Shown: positions 1 through 9,930 of the stretch, piece by piece
How the letters are laid out: each line of letters starts with the position of its first letter
How positions within the stretch are numbered: position 1 is the first letter of the stretch
NCBI GenBank assembly: GCA_965218425.1
Contig: OZ244621.1
Location: forward strand, 1,856,001 to 1,920,000
DNA from: an uncultured Candidatus Binatia bacterium
GTDB taxonomy: Bacteria > Desulfobacterota > Binatia > UBA9968 > CAXXLF01
Direction of reading: 5' to 3'
Length of the DNA: 64,000 nt
Notes under the pieces: model-generated
The model's input: the letters and a program-made list of their open reading frames with translations, nothing else
Told to the model about the DNA's origin: nothing
Database searches by the model: none
Program-made: the position numbers and the translations under genes

Positions 1-1293
1 AGGATGTCCCCGGCAAAGCGCGGTGAATTGCTTCAGGAAACCGTTCGTTTAATAAGGGAAAACGAAAAGGAGCTCAGTTCCACCCTGACCAAAGAGCAGG
101 GAAAACCCATTCGAGAATCTATACTGGAAATACGCCGATTTGCTCATACCCTGGAACATTACGCCGGCATGGCCAAGACTCTGCGAGGAGGCTATGTCAA
201 CCTGGATGACGGTCGTTATGGATTCATACTAAAGAAACCCATGGGGGTCGTCGGGGCGATTGTCCCGTGGAACTTCCCTGTTTCTCTGATGGGTAACAAG
301 GTGGGTCCAGCCCTGCTGGCGGGCAACACCATGGTCATAAAACCCGCGGGGAGCACTCCCTTGACGGCCAGTCGGTGCGTGGAGCTGATCCACCGGGCGG
401 GGCTTCCCAAGGGTGTGATCAATATCGTTACTGGACCCGGTGGAGTCGTGGGAGAAGAGATCCTCCAGAATCCTAAGATTAGAAAAATAGGCTTTACGGG
501 CGAGACCGGCACCGGCAGGCATGTCATGGAGGTGGCTTCCAAGGAGGTCAAGCGGGTAACCCTCGAACTTGGAGGAAGCGATCCCATGATCGTGTGTGAT
601 GATGCGGACCTGGACAGGGCGGTGAGTGCCGCATCGGTGGGCCGCTTCTTCAATTGCGGTCAGGCCTGTCTTGCGGTGAAACGACTCTACCTATTTGAGA
701 AGATCGCGGATACCTTCATGGAGCGATTGACGGAAAAGGTAAAGAAATTACGGATCGGTGACGGGGTCAAGCGCGAGACCCTGTTGGGACCGTTGCATAC
801 CAAGGGACAAAGGGAAGAAGTGGAAGAAATGGTCGAAGACGCCGTCAAAAGAGGCGCCAAGGTTCTCACGGGAGGAAAGCGGCCGCAGGGTTCGGAGTTT
901 GATAAGGGATTCTTTCTTCAGCCCACACTCCTGGCGGACGTGGATCCGGACGCGCGTATCGTTGTGGAAGAGTGCTTTGGGCCGGCGCTCCCCATCCTGC
1001 GAGTCAAGGATCTGGACCAGGCCATCACTCAGGCCAACCGTTCGATCTTTGGTCTTGGTTCGTCCGTTTGGACCAGGGATATCGATAAGGCCATGAGAGC
1101 GGCGGAGCAGATTGAGGCGGGATACACCTGGGTTAACTCCGCCCAGATTATTTATGACGAGTTACCCTTCGGGGGCGTCAAGCAGAGCGGCCTGGGTAAA
1201 GAGCATGGCAACGAAGCCATTGACTATTACACCGAAGCCAAGTCTATTGTGGTGGCGACAGAAAAGAAGTCTGAGGTGGTTGGCGGAGAATAA
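1..1293 (+). CDS. NAD(P)-dependent aldehyde dehydrogenase (5' end probably outside the window)
   Basis: Motifs PWNFP, FTGE, LELGG (catalytic Glu), GQAC (catalytic Cys), EECFGP, PFGGVKQSG; frame is open from base 1 and the usual ALDH N-terminus is missing. Confidence 0.93.
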   Translation, partial: RMSPAKRGELLQETVRLIRENEKELSSTLTKEQGKPIRESILEIRRFAHTLEHYAGMAKTLRGGYVNLDDGRYGFILKKPMGVVGAIVPWNFPVSLMGNKVGPALLAGNTMVIKPAGSTPLTASRCVELIHRAGLPKGVINIVTGPGGVVGEEILQNPKIRKIGFTGETGTGRHVMEVASKEVKRVTLELGGSDPMIVCDDADLDRAVSAASVGRFFNCGQACLAVKRLYLFEKIADTFMERLTEKVKKLRIGDGVKRETLLGPLHTKGQREEVEEMVEDAVKRGAKVLTGGKRPQGSEFDKGFFLQPTLLADVDPDARIVVEECFGPALPILRVKDLDQAITQANRSIFGLGSSVWTRDIDKAMRAAEQIEAGYTWVNSAQIIYDELPFGGVKQSGLGKEHGNEAIDYYTEAKSIVVATEKKSEVVGGE

Positions 1294-1313
1294 GAGAGTC
1301 TCCAAGCTGGGCA

Positions 1314-2861
1314 ATGAAAGTGGAACTACCCTCCATCTATAACGCCGCCACCACGTTTGTGGACGAGAACCTAGAACTCGGACGGGGAGGTAAGATTGCC
1401 ATCCACTATTTGGACCAACAACTCACCTACCAGGATCTATTTCAACGGGTCAACCAAGCCGGGAATGCCATTAAAGAACTCGGGGTGGGCGTTGGTGAGC
1501 GGGTGCTCATCGGTTTGCCTGACAGCCCGGAGTTCGCATTCGGGTTTTTTGGTGCCATCAAGACGGGTGCGGTTCCCATTCCAATCAATCCATGGATGAA
1601 GGCGCAGGACTACGAATATCTTCTTGAAGACAGCAGCGCGCCACTGATGATCATTCACGAATCGGTCATTCCTGACGTGGAGAAAATCTGGGATCGTCCA
1701 CGTCATCTGAAAAACGTCCTGGTGGTGGGCACCCCAAAAGGACGTGGCCTCTCCTATGAGTCCATGGTTGGTCGAGCCTCCACTGAACTCGCTGCGGAAC
1801 CGACCCACAGGGATGATATTGCCATGTGGCTTTACACATCGGGCAGCACCGGTTTCCCAAAGGGTGCCGTTCACCGCCACAGGGACATGATCACCATTAC
1901 GGATCTGTTTGTGAAGCCTGTCCTGGACATGAACGAAGACGACATCTGTTTTTCCGCCTCCAAGCTTTTTTTCGCATACGGCTTAGGCAATTCCCTCTAT
2001 TTCCCTTTTCGCTTTGGGGCATCCACGGTCCTGTGGCCGGATCGACCTGAACCGGAAAAGATCTTGCAGGCAATCGACAAATACCGGCCCACCTTTTTCT
2101 TCTCTGTGCCCACCCTCTATAGCAGGCTGCTTCGTGTGGAAAAGGAATACAATCTGGGATCTCTCAGGATCTGCCTGTCCTCCGGAGAGCCTCTGCCCCC
2201 GGCCCTTTTCCATCAGTGGAAAGAAAAGTTCGGACAAGAGTTATTGGATGTAGTGGGCTCGACTGAGGCCACCCATGATTTTCTGGCCAACCGTCCAGGT
2301 AAGGCAAAACCGGGCAGCAGCGGGCAGGTAACCCCGGCGTTCGAGGCTAAGATAATTGATGATGAAGGAAGAGAAGTCCCTGTGGGTGAAGTGGGGCATC
2401 TCATGGTGAAAGGTGACGCCACGGCCCCCTACTATTGGAATAAGGAAGAGCAGACGAAAAGGACCATGCAGGGGGACTGGCTCAAGACGGGGGATACCTA
2501 CTACCGGGACCAAGAGGGATACTTCTGGTACTGTGGGCGCTCCGACGACATGTTAAAAGTGGGAGGACTGTGGGTCTCTCCCATCGAAGTGGAAAACACC
2601 CTTATGGAGCATCCGTCGGTGCTGGAGGCTGCGGTTACCGGGGAAGCCGATCAGGATGGGTTGATCAAACCCAAGGCCTATGTGTTGTTGAAAAGCGAAT
2701 ATCAGGCGAGCGAACAGTTAAAGGAAGAGCTTCAATCCTTTGTTAAGAGCAAACTTGCCCCGTACAAGTATCCTCGTTGGCTTCAGTTCGTCGAAGAGCT
2801 GCCTAAAACGGTGACAGGAAAAATTCAGCGGTTTAAGTTGCGGGAGAAATCACAGTCATAA
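1314..2861 (+). CDS. Benzoate-CoA ligase family protein (AMP-dependent aryl-CoA ligase)
   Basis: YNAA..FVD N-terminus, WLYTSGSTGFPKG P-loop, KLFFAYGLGN, GSTE, GRSDDMLKVGG, PKTVTGKIQR. Confidence 0.88.
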   Translation: MKVELPSIYNAATTFVDENLELGRGGKIAIHYLDQQLTYQDLFQRVNQAGNAIKELGVGVGERVLIGLPDSPEFAFGFFGAIKTGAVPIPINPWMKAQDYEYLLEDSSAPLMIIHESVIPDVEKIWDRPRHLKNVLVVGTPKGRGLSYESMVGRASTELAAEPTHRDDIAMWLYTSGSTGFPKGAVHRHRDMITITDLFVKPVLDMNEDDICFSASKLFFAYGLGNSLYFPFRFGASTVLWPDRPEPEKILQAIDKYRPTFFFSVPTLYSRLLRVEKEYNLGSLRICLSSGEPLPPALFHQWKEKFGQELLDVVGSTEATHDFLANRPGKAKPGSSGQVTPAFEAKIIDDEGREVPVGEVGHLMVKGDATAPYYWNKEEQTKRTMQGDWLKTGDTYYRDQEGYFWYCGRSDDMLKVGGLWVSPIEVENTLMEHPSVLEAAVTGEADQDGLIKPKAYVLLKSEYQASEQLKEELQSFVKSKLAPYKYPRWLQFVEELPKTVTGKIQRFKLREKSQS

Positions 2862-2876
2862 AAAAAGGTCAATGGG

Positions 2877-3575
2877 ATGAGCATCGATGAGCTTAAAGAG
2901 AAAGTCGCCTATTCATGCAATATCTTAGCCATCGAGGGCCACTGGGATCAGATCCTGGGCCATGTCTCGGCCCGGATTCCAGGCGAGCAGGCTTTTTTGA
3001 TGAAGCCCCACAGTTTCGGATTCGAGGAGATCCGCCCCTACCACCTAATCGTGTGTAACCTCGAAGGGGAGAAGATTCGTGGCGACTACATGCGACATTC
3101 AGAGGTTTTTATCCACTCGGAAATCTACAAGGCCAGACCCGATGTCAACTGTGTGGTTCACAGCCACCCCCCCTATGCCATCGCCTTTGGATCGCTACGC
3201 CAACCGCTGCGTCCCATCAGTCACGAAGGGAGTATTTTCCAGGACAACCTTCCATTATTCGATTATACGACCGCGTTGATTCGAACTCCTGAACTAGGCT
3301 CCAGAGTGGCAGAGTCAATAAGGAATTGCCGTGGTCTTCTCATGAAAAATCACGGATCCACCGTGGTGGGGGAATCGGTAGAGGTGGCAACCCTCTACGC
3401 CGTTTTCCTGGAGAAAGCGGCACGAATCCAGCTCTCAGCCATGGCGGCGGGGGAGCCAACGTGGAGCAGCGATGAAGAGGCAAAACTAAAATTCGAGCAG
3501 ATTTACCACCCCCAGCGTTTGTCTGCTATGTGGGATTATTTTGTCCGTCGCGCCAAGAGGGGGTCCATTGATTAG
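2877..3575 (+). CDS. Class II aldolase/adducin family protein
   Basis: GHVSAR, SEVFIH, VVHSHP, LMKNHG metal-binding His motifs. Confidence 0.9.
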   Translation: MSIDELKEKVAYSCNILAIEGHWDQILGHVSARIPGEQAFLMKPHSFGFEEIRPYHLIVCNLEGEKIRGDYMRHSEVFIHSEIYKARPDVNCVVHSHPPYAIAFGSLRQPLRPISHEGSIFQDNLPLFDYTTALIRTPELGSRVAESIRNCRGLLMKNHGSTVVGESVEVATLYAVFLEKAARIQLSAMAAGEPTWSSDEEAKLKFEQIYHPQRLSAMWDYFVRRAKRGSID

Positions 3576-3615
3576 GCAGGTTTAGGGCGAAAGCAATAAG
3601 CCGCACAGGTTTCCC

Positions 3616-4608
3616 ATGTCACAAAAACTCCACCTCACTCTAGCCACGGGTGACTACGAAATTGTTCGAGCCATTAAAGAGGGGATTGTCAGGCCGGATG
3701 GGATTGAACTCACTGTCCTGACCGATATGGACTCGCCAACGCGCCATTGGAGAATGGCGCGCAATCGCGAGTTCGACATCTGCGAGTTCTCCTGGTCCAC
3801 CTATCTGCTGGAAAAAGACAGAGGAACAGACCTAACCGCTATCCCGGTGTTTCTTCACCGGAGGTTCCGCCATGGTTTTGTCTTTATCAACACAAGTAAG
3901 GGAATTAAAAAGCCGACGGACCTAATCGGGCGCGCTGTGGGACTTAAAAACTTCCAGGCCACCGCCTTGGTTTGGATCCGGGGGATCTTGGAAGATGAGT
4001 TTCAGGTCCCATTCAAAGAGATTCAATGGAAGGCCGAACGGGACGAGGATGTGCCCTTTACGCCCCCACACGGGTTGAGCCTTGAGCGTACTCCTCCTGG
4101 CAAGAGAGTTGAAGACATGCTGGCCGAGGGCGAACTGGACGCCCTCATTCATCCAGATATCCCCTCGCAGATTTTAGACGGCGACCCGCGGGTACACCGC
4201 CTGTTTGAAAATCACAAAGAGCTTGAGATGGACTACTACAGGAAGACCGGGATCTTTCCTATTATGCACACGACGGTGATCAAGCAGGAGGTAGTTGACC
4301 GGTACCCTTGGGTTCCCATGAACATGCTCGTGGCCTTCGAGAAAGCCAAACAATGGGCCTATGGAAAAATGGAAAATCCCAGGCGGGTTGCCCTGGCCTG
4401 GTTCCGTGAGGCCCAGGAGGAACAGGAGAACGTCCTCGGTCGAGACCCCTGGATGTACGGTCTAGGGGAAACGAACTTGAATAACCTCGGCGCTTTGGTT
4501 AGGTACTCCCATCACCAGGGATTGATTTCCAAAGAGCCTGCCGTTAAGGACCTTTTCGATCCGTCCACCTGGGGCGACCAGTGGAGGCTTCCCACCTCGC
4601 GGGGCTAG
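3616..4608 (+). CDS. 4,5-dihydroxyphthalate decarboxylase-like protein (periplasmic-binding-protein fold)
   Basis: L.LTLA.GDYE, FDICE, IPVFLHRRFRH, GIFPIMH, DPW.YG motifs of the Pht5-like family. Confidence 0.8.
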   Translation: MSQKLHLTLATGDYEIVRAIKEGIVRPDGIELTVLTDMDSPTRHWRMARNREFDICEFSWSTYLLEKDRGTDLTAIPVFLHRRFRHGFVFINTSKGIKKPTDLIGRAVGLKNFQATALVWIRGILEDEFQVPFKEIQWKAERDEDVPFTPPHGLSLERTPPGKRVEDMLAEGELDALIHPDIPSQILDGDPRVHRLFENHKELEMDYYRKTGIFPIMHTTVIKQEVVDRYPWVPMNMLVAFEKAKQWAYGKMENPRRVALAWFREAQEEQENVLGRDPWMYGLGETNLNNLGALVRYSHHQGLISKEPAVKDLFDPSTWGDQWRLPTSRG

Positions 4609-4902
4609 GGGCAGGACTGACCTGATTCCATCATCCCGATCTAACAACCGTGGGTCTCCCCTGCACTCGATACGCCCTCAATATGTGGTTAAAAAACCAG
4701 CACCAAATGGCTGAAATTTAGCCAAGATCCGGTGCAGAATTGGCGGTCCTAGCCTGCGAACACGAGGAATCGAAACTTGGGGATGCCTGATCCCATAGTT
4801 TTAAACCCTTCCCCCTGACTATCACACCAAAAGAGGGATGACAGACTGGCCTGTGCCTGGATCTTCTTTCCCACAGATATGTTTTCCCTGTTGCGTCTGC
4901 GG

Positions 4903-4911
4903 TGTTATAAT
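4903..4911 (+). promoter_or_regulatory. Extended -10 promoter (TGnTATAAT) upstream of the methyltransferase
   Basis: TGTTATAAT, about 75 nt upstream of ATG 4986. Confidence 0.5.
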
Positions 4912-4985
4912 GCGGTTCGATTACGGTGTCCCTGATAGGTTAGCGTGTAAGGAGACAGACGGCTGGTCCTAGAAAGCAGCAATAA

Positions 4986-7196
4986 ATGATTGAACAAAAT
5001 TTTGATATCCCGTTCATCGCTGACCTTGCTCTGCGTGAAAAGCAGATTCAGCAGAACTACAGGCCAATTATAGCCGTTCACAAATGGTTTGCACGGCGTC
5101 CCGCTACACTATTTCGCGGTTTGTTGCTCTCTGAGTTCCTCGATAAGCCTCTTGCCGAGGCATTTTATCAAGCCAACTGCCTACGAGGAATTAAAGTGGC
5201 TGATCCATTCATGGGTGGAGGCAGCCCGCTAATAGAGGCAAATAGACTAGGCTGTGATGTTAGCGGGTTCGACATTAACCCAATCTCCTATTGGATCGTG
5301 AAACAGGAGATCGAACATCTCGATTTGGACGCGTATGATCAAACGGCCAGCTCGTTAAAGGAGCAGGTCGAGAAAGATGTCGGGCATCTTTACCGGACCC
5401 GCTGTACTAATTGTGGAAGCAATAATGCGCACGTGAAGTATTTTCTCTGGGTGAAAACAATTCCTTGTCGGAAATGTAAGAAATCCATTGATTTATTTCC
5501 TGGTTATCTTCTGGCTTCGGACTCAAGACACCCAAAGAACGTTTTTTTATGTCAGGCATGTGGACAATTAACCGAAACGGCCGACCGAAACCGTCCAGGT
5601 CAATGCCAAAACTGTGGTGCTGGCATCTCAATAAAAGGGCCCGCCAAGCGAAACCACTGTCAATGTACCAATTGCGGCACAGTCAATTCATTTCCAAACA
5701 GGTTATTGGGAGCACCCCGGCATCGGCTATTCGCAATTGAATATTACTGCCTCTCTTGCAGAAAAAGACATGCCGGCAGGTTCTTCAAGGTACCTGATCC
5801 CAAGGACCTGGAAAAAGTGCAGGAGGCTGAAGCACGATCGGCGGGTATGCGAACGAAGTATGTGCCGATGGACGAGATTCCCTCCGGCGACGAAACAAAT
5901 CGACTCCACCGGTGGGGGTACAAAAGATACCGTGAGATGTTCAACGGCCGGCAACTCCTAGGTTTGGAGTTATCAGCACGGATAATCAGTCGGATGGATA
6001 ATGAACGTGTTCGGAACGCCATGGCCACGAATCTCTCAGACTTGCTGCGTTACCAGAACATGCTTTGCCGGTATGATACGATGGCGCTTAAGTCACTGGA
6101 TATTTTCTCAGTTCATGGATTCCCGGTGGGGCTCGTTCAGTGTGAGTCCAACTTGCTCGGCATTATCGATCCGAATAGACAGAGCTGTGTGGGTAGCGGT
6201 GGTTGGGCAAACATCATTGAGAAGTTCCGTAAGGCGAAAGAATATTGCGACTCCCCTTTCGAGATTAGACATCGAGGGACGAGAAAGGAGATTGTTCCGA
6301 TCCAAGGGGAATGGATCGGAGACAAACCCAACGGGAAGCACCAGGGTCAAAGACGCAAAGTTGCACTTTATTGCCGTGATGCCGCCACACTCCAAATGCC
6401 TTCTAACTCATTGGATGCAGTTTTTACCGATCCACCGTATTTTGGGAACGTGCAATATGCCGAGTTAATGGATTTCTGTTATGTGTGGCTGCGTCGCCTT
6501 GTTAAAAGCGAAGATGAAGTCTTCGCCAGTCCCTCAACTCGTAATCCGCAAGAGCTGACAGGAAACGAAGATATGGGTAGGAGACTTGATCACTTTGCAC
6601 AAGGCCTGTCGGCCGTTTTTCAGCAGACAGCAAAGGCGCTAAAACCCGGCGCGCCACTTGCTTTCACGTATCACCACAATGACCCGGAAGCATACCTTCC
6701 GGTTGCCGTGGCAATCCTTGACGCTGGTTTAACCTGCTCGGCGTCTCTGCCTTGCCCTGCAGAGATGGGAGCATCGATTCATATAAATGGAACAGGCTCT
6801 TCGATTATTGATACCGTTTTCGTATGCAGATCAACCGGGTCTGTTCCACGAAAATGGGTAGTGAATTCAGTGGATGGCATAGCACGACTTGTCGAAGAGG
6901 ATTTAGCAAAACTCCAGGCCGGGGATGTCAAGCCAACGATGGGAGACACAAGGTGTATCGCTCACGGCCATCTTATCCGAACGGCAATATGGAACCTTCG
7001 AGCGACTTGGGACAAGGACGCCGAAATTAGAAAGCGATTGTCAACGGTATCTTCCTGGCTTGCGAAATTTGGAGGATGGGGCGAAATCGAGGCCCGCCTT
7101 ACCAAAACTAAGGGTGCATCCTCTAATGGACCGTTATTCGCAGTGCGTGAAAAACCTAACGGATACAGGGTCTCCCATGCCGCAGTATCCTTTTGA
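4986..7196 (+). CDS. DUF1156-type amino (probably N6-adenine) DNA methyltransferase with multiple Zn ribbons
   Basis: N-terminal HKWFARRP, SAM-binding motif I DPFMGGG, catalytic motif IV TDPPY, several CxxC pairs between them. Confidence 0.88.
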   Translation: MIEQNFDIPFIADLALREKQIQQNYRPIIAVHKWFARRPATLFRGLLLSEFLDKPLAEAFYQANCLRGIKVADPFMGGGSPLIEANRLGCDVSGFDINPISYWIVKQEIEHLDLDAYDQTASSLKEQVEKDVGHLYRTRCTNCGSNNAHVKYFLWVKTIPCRKCKKSIDLFPGYLLASDSRHPKNVFLCQACGQLTETADRNRPGQCQNCGAGISIKGPAKRNHCQCTNCGTVNSFPNRLLGAPRHRLFAIEYYCLSCRKRHAGRFFKVPDPKDLEKVQEAEARSAGMRTKYVPMDEIPSGDETNRLHRWGYKRYREMFNGRQLLGLELSARIISRMDNERVRNAMATNLSDLLRYQNMLCRYDTMALKSLDIFSVHGFPVGLVQCESNLLGIIDPNRQSCVGSGGWANIIEKFRKAKEYCDSPFEIRHRGTRKEIVPIQGEWIGDKPNGKHQGQRRKVALYCRDAATLQMPSNSLDAVFTDPPYFGNVQYAELMDFCYVWLRRLVKSEDEVFASPSTRNPQELTGNEDMGRRLDHFAQGLSAVFQQTAKALKPGAPLAFTYHHNDPEAYLPVAVAILDAGLTCSASLPCPAEMGASIHINGTGSSIIDTVFVCRSTGSVPRKWVVNSVDGIARLVEEDLAKLQAGDVKPTMGDTRCIAHGHLIRTAIWNLRATWDKDAEIRKRLSTVSSWLAKFGGWGEIEARLTKTKGASSNGPLFAVREKPNGYRVSHAAVSF

Positions 7197-8214
7197 AGTG
7201 CCCTTTTATCAAATACTGGCAGATACTGAATCGTACGTGGATGCCGTATTTTCATGCCTGGAATCCGAATTCCTTGTGATGCCAAAAGGGATAGGATTCG
7301 TTGAGTATCCCGTATTTGAAAGGGGATACGAGGCGTTAAAAGCTGCAACAAACGGGTTCTCCGGATTCGAGCCGGCAAAGGTCGTGCCGGTAACCTTATC
7401 AGAACCTATTGCTATTGTGGTTCTGCGCGCAATGCTCGGTTTGACACCGCCTGAATGGGGTTATCTCACCTCCCAACGAACCGGTGTAAGCGTAACCCAA
7501 GGGTTTGTTAGGTCCCTCGATAGAAAAGTTAGAATGTCCCCGAAAACACCGCTTAAGACCAACGGGGTAACCACAAAAAGGCTCGAAGCATTGGTGAAGA
7601 CCGCGTGTATTATGCTTGCCGAGGGTGTGCCGCAGGTTGAAGACAATCAACTGCACCGTTTGAACAAGGCCGACACGAGACGTGGGCTCGACAGCCTAAA
7701 GAATATAGCGTCGATGGGCGCACCCTATGCAATGGTGCTTTACGAGCGATTTCTTGGAAGGCCTTTCGCTGGACATCGGGATTCGGTAAGCGAATTGGTT
7801 GGTGATATCCTTGAATCGGCGATCGAAGATGTGTTGACGAAGGCTGGTATTAGCTTTCGTAAAACAAAGCGAGCCGAACGTATCGAGGGCTTCGATCAGA
7901 CTCCTGATTTCATCATCCCGAGTGAGTTTAACCCGCAGGTCGTAATCGAGGCCAAGATAACTGAGGACGACGGTACAGCGAGAGACAAGGTGACGCGCGT
8001 TCAGCATCTGGGTGAGTTGAGTCGTGCAGGTCGTCAGGAGGAAAATCCAAAATTTGAGGTCATCGCATGCATCGGCGGACGAGGCTTCGGTGTTCGCCGT
8101 GAGGACATGAAAAAGATGATCCTAGCTACCAGAGGCAAGGTTTTTACCGTAAAGACCTTGGGCCAACTCGTTGAACATACAGGCCTAAAAAGATTCAAGC
8201 GAAGTGACATGTAA
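7177..8214 (+). CDS. Putative restriction-type PD-(D/E)xK endonuclease
   Basis: C-terminal E...PDFII...IEAK motif; ATG 7177 overlaps the MTase end by 20 nt (ORF track extends to 6925). Confidence 0.7.
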   Translation: MPQYPFEVPFYQILADTESYVDAVFSCLESEFLVMPKGIGFVEYPVFERGYEALKAATNGFSGFEPAKVVPVTLSEPIAIVVLRAMLGLTPPEWGYLTSQRTGVSVTQGFVRSLDRKVRMSPKTPLKTNGVTTKRLEALVKTACIMLAEGVPQVEDNQLHRLNKADTRRGLDSLKNIASMGAPYAMVLYERFLGRPFAGHRDSVSELVGDILESAIEDVLTKAGISFRKTKRAERIEGFDQTPDFIIPSEFNPQVVIEAKITEDDGTARDKVTRVQHLGELSRAGRQEENPKFEVIACIGGRGFGVRREDMKKMILATRGKVFTVKTLGQLVEHTGLKRFKRSDM

Positions 8215-8899
8215 TCCAAAATATAACAGAACAATGCACTGCCTGGTGATTCTTGGGGTGGGATGCAGCCTAACGAGATAGATTTTGGATACTCAACGTG
8301 CGAAGTTTGCAAGCTGTGAGCTATTGAGACGAAAAAATTATTCGGGCGGATTATACCGCGCAGTGCTACGTGCCAATAATGGCCCCGTAGTCCCAGGAGC
8401 GATCAAACAAAGATAAACATTTCCAGCAGCAACTTAACCGGCTCGGTGGCCGCTCGACACAGTTCAAAACATCAAAAGCCTGGCCCCCACTGGTTTGCAG
8501 TGTTTGGAGAGGATATTGAAGAGTCTCCGAGAAAACGGTTTAGCAAGCTTGGATACCGGGAACAGGAAGATTCGGCTAGGGAGTCTTTCGGACCTATAAA
8601 ACCGCTAGTAGCAAGGGAAGTGCACCGCTTTTGGCTAAGGAAGGCACGGCTGGCAAGAGCTGTGGCCCTATTAAGAAACCTAGCGCGAAATTCGCAGAGA
8701 TGGTTGTACGCACTGAAAGTGGGCACAACCGGTTTTGAAGCGGTAAAGAACCAGATCAACGGGGTGAAATAACAAAGGGAGCAGTTAATGAGAATTGAAG
8801 TTGATACGGAAAACCGGCAGTTCGGATTTGATCTAATAACACCTTAGAAGATCCCCGGACGTAAGTCCGGGGAAATTTACTTGACCTGGACGAAACATC

Positions 8900-9130
8900 A
8901 TGACCTTGACTGCCAATAGAGAAGTCATTGCTGATCCCGAAATTCAATCGGTCGCCCAACGGTTGGGTACTGGTTTCCCCCAAATAATTTTTCGGTTTGC
9001 CATGCAAATCGGGATGGTCCCGTTAACCGGAGCCACGAGCCAACAACATATGAGAGAAGACCTACAGGCGGAACAGCTTTCACTCTCCACCGAGGAAATT
9101 TTCGTATTGAAACCATCGCACTGTAAATAG
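8900..9130 (+). pseudogene. C-terminal remnant of an aldo/keto reductase
   Basis: LTAN...QIIFRFAMQIGMVPLTGATSQQHMREDL resembles an AKR C-terminus; N-terminal portion absent. Confidence 0.6.
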
Positions 9131-9225
9131 AAAAATGCCGTGGTGGAGTCAGGGATCGAAGCATCCCGGGAGTAGCTACCGACTTTCGATCCACGCTTGG
9201 GTCTTTTGGATAAACCAGGCTAGAC

Positions 9226-9622
9226 TCATAGGCAGGATGCGGGGCTGTGGTATTCAATCGCGCCCGCGTCATCGGGATATTCGGTGTGCCATGCATTGCT
9301 AGATGAGGTGTCCATGATGTGTATGTGAACTGTCTCCCCGCCATTTTCCAATCGATACTTGGTAAAGCACACATCTTTGGAAAAAATTAAATCCATTGGT
9401 CAACAGATCAGAATGGTTTGCCGGATAGCTTTGGTTTGCCACGAAATAGTTCTCGATCGCAGTCAGAGCGCTCTTGAGATCCGACTTTGCGGTAGTGTGG
9501 TAGGCTTGATTCTTGTAGTCGCGGTATTGCGTAATTGCTATGGCAGCCAGTATGGAGAGGATTGCTATGGCCACCAGCAACTCGATCAAGGTAAAACCAA
9601 ACTCTTTGTTTAGCCTCCCCAA
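9226..9622 (-). pseudogene. Type IV pilin/prepilin, frameshifted at a T6 tract
   Basis: G|FTLIELLVAIAILSILAAIAI prepilin motif; removing one T at 9381-9386 gives a C-terminus ...SKDVCFTKY...SPASCL* with a Cys pair. Confidence 0.75.
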
Positions 9623-9930
9623 TTCTTAAGCCTCTTGCGGATCAATAAGGCGACAATCAACTGATCTTCCCGGTTCTTGAGTAACCAATGCGGCCCCGTC
9701 GAAGCAACCCTTTTTCCTAGGTTCGCTTTTTTAGGACCCGTGAATATTGGAGGATGAAACAACAAAGGTGCGAGACAGAACAACATAAGCGGATCGAGAC
9801 TGATCTAGCCCCAGTCTCACGGCTTGAGGGTTAATTGATATTTCGCATTAATCCAAGGGGAGTCAATTTAATGATCCTGTCGATAGGATCCAGACGAGAA
9901 AGTTAGGCTGTGCCGGGCTTGAGGACTAAC

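Noticed and set aside
6925..7176. N-terminal extension of the nuclease ORF
   Set aside because: Lies deep within the MTase gene; ATG 7177 is the more plausible start
4630..8290. Integron attC-like cores (ATCTAAC, GTTAGCG, GCCTAAC) around the MTase-nuclease pair
   Set aside because: No complementary R''/R' and L boxes at attC spacing, and no integrase
8438..8772. 108-aa ORF and an alternative-frame winged-helix-like peptide (LERILKSLRENGL)
   Set aside because: No convincing start or family motif; cannot be supported without a search
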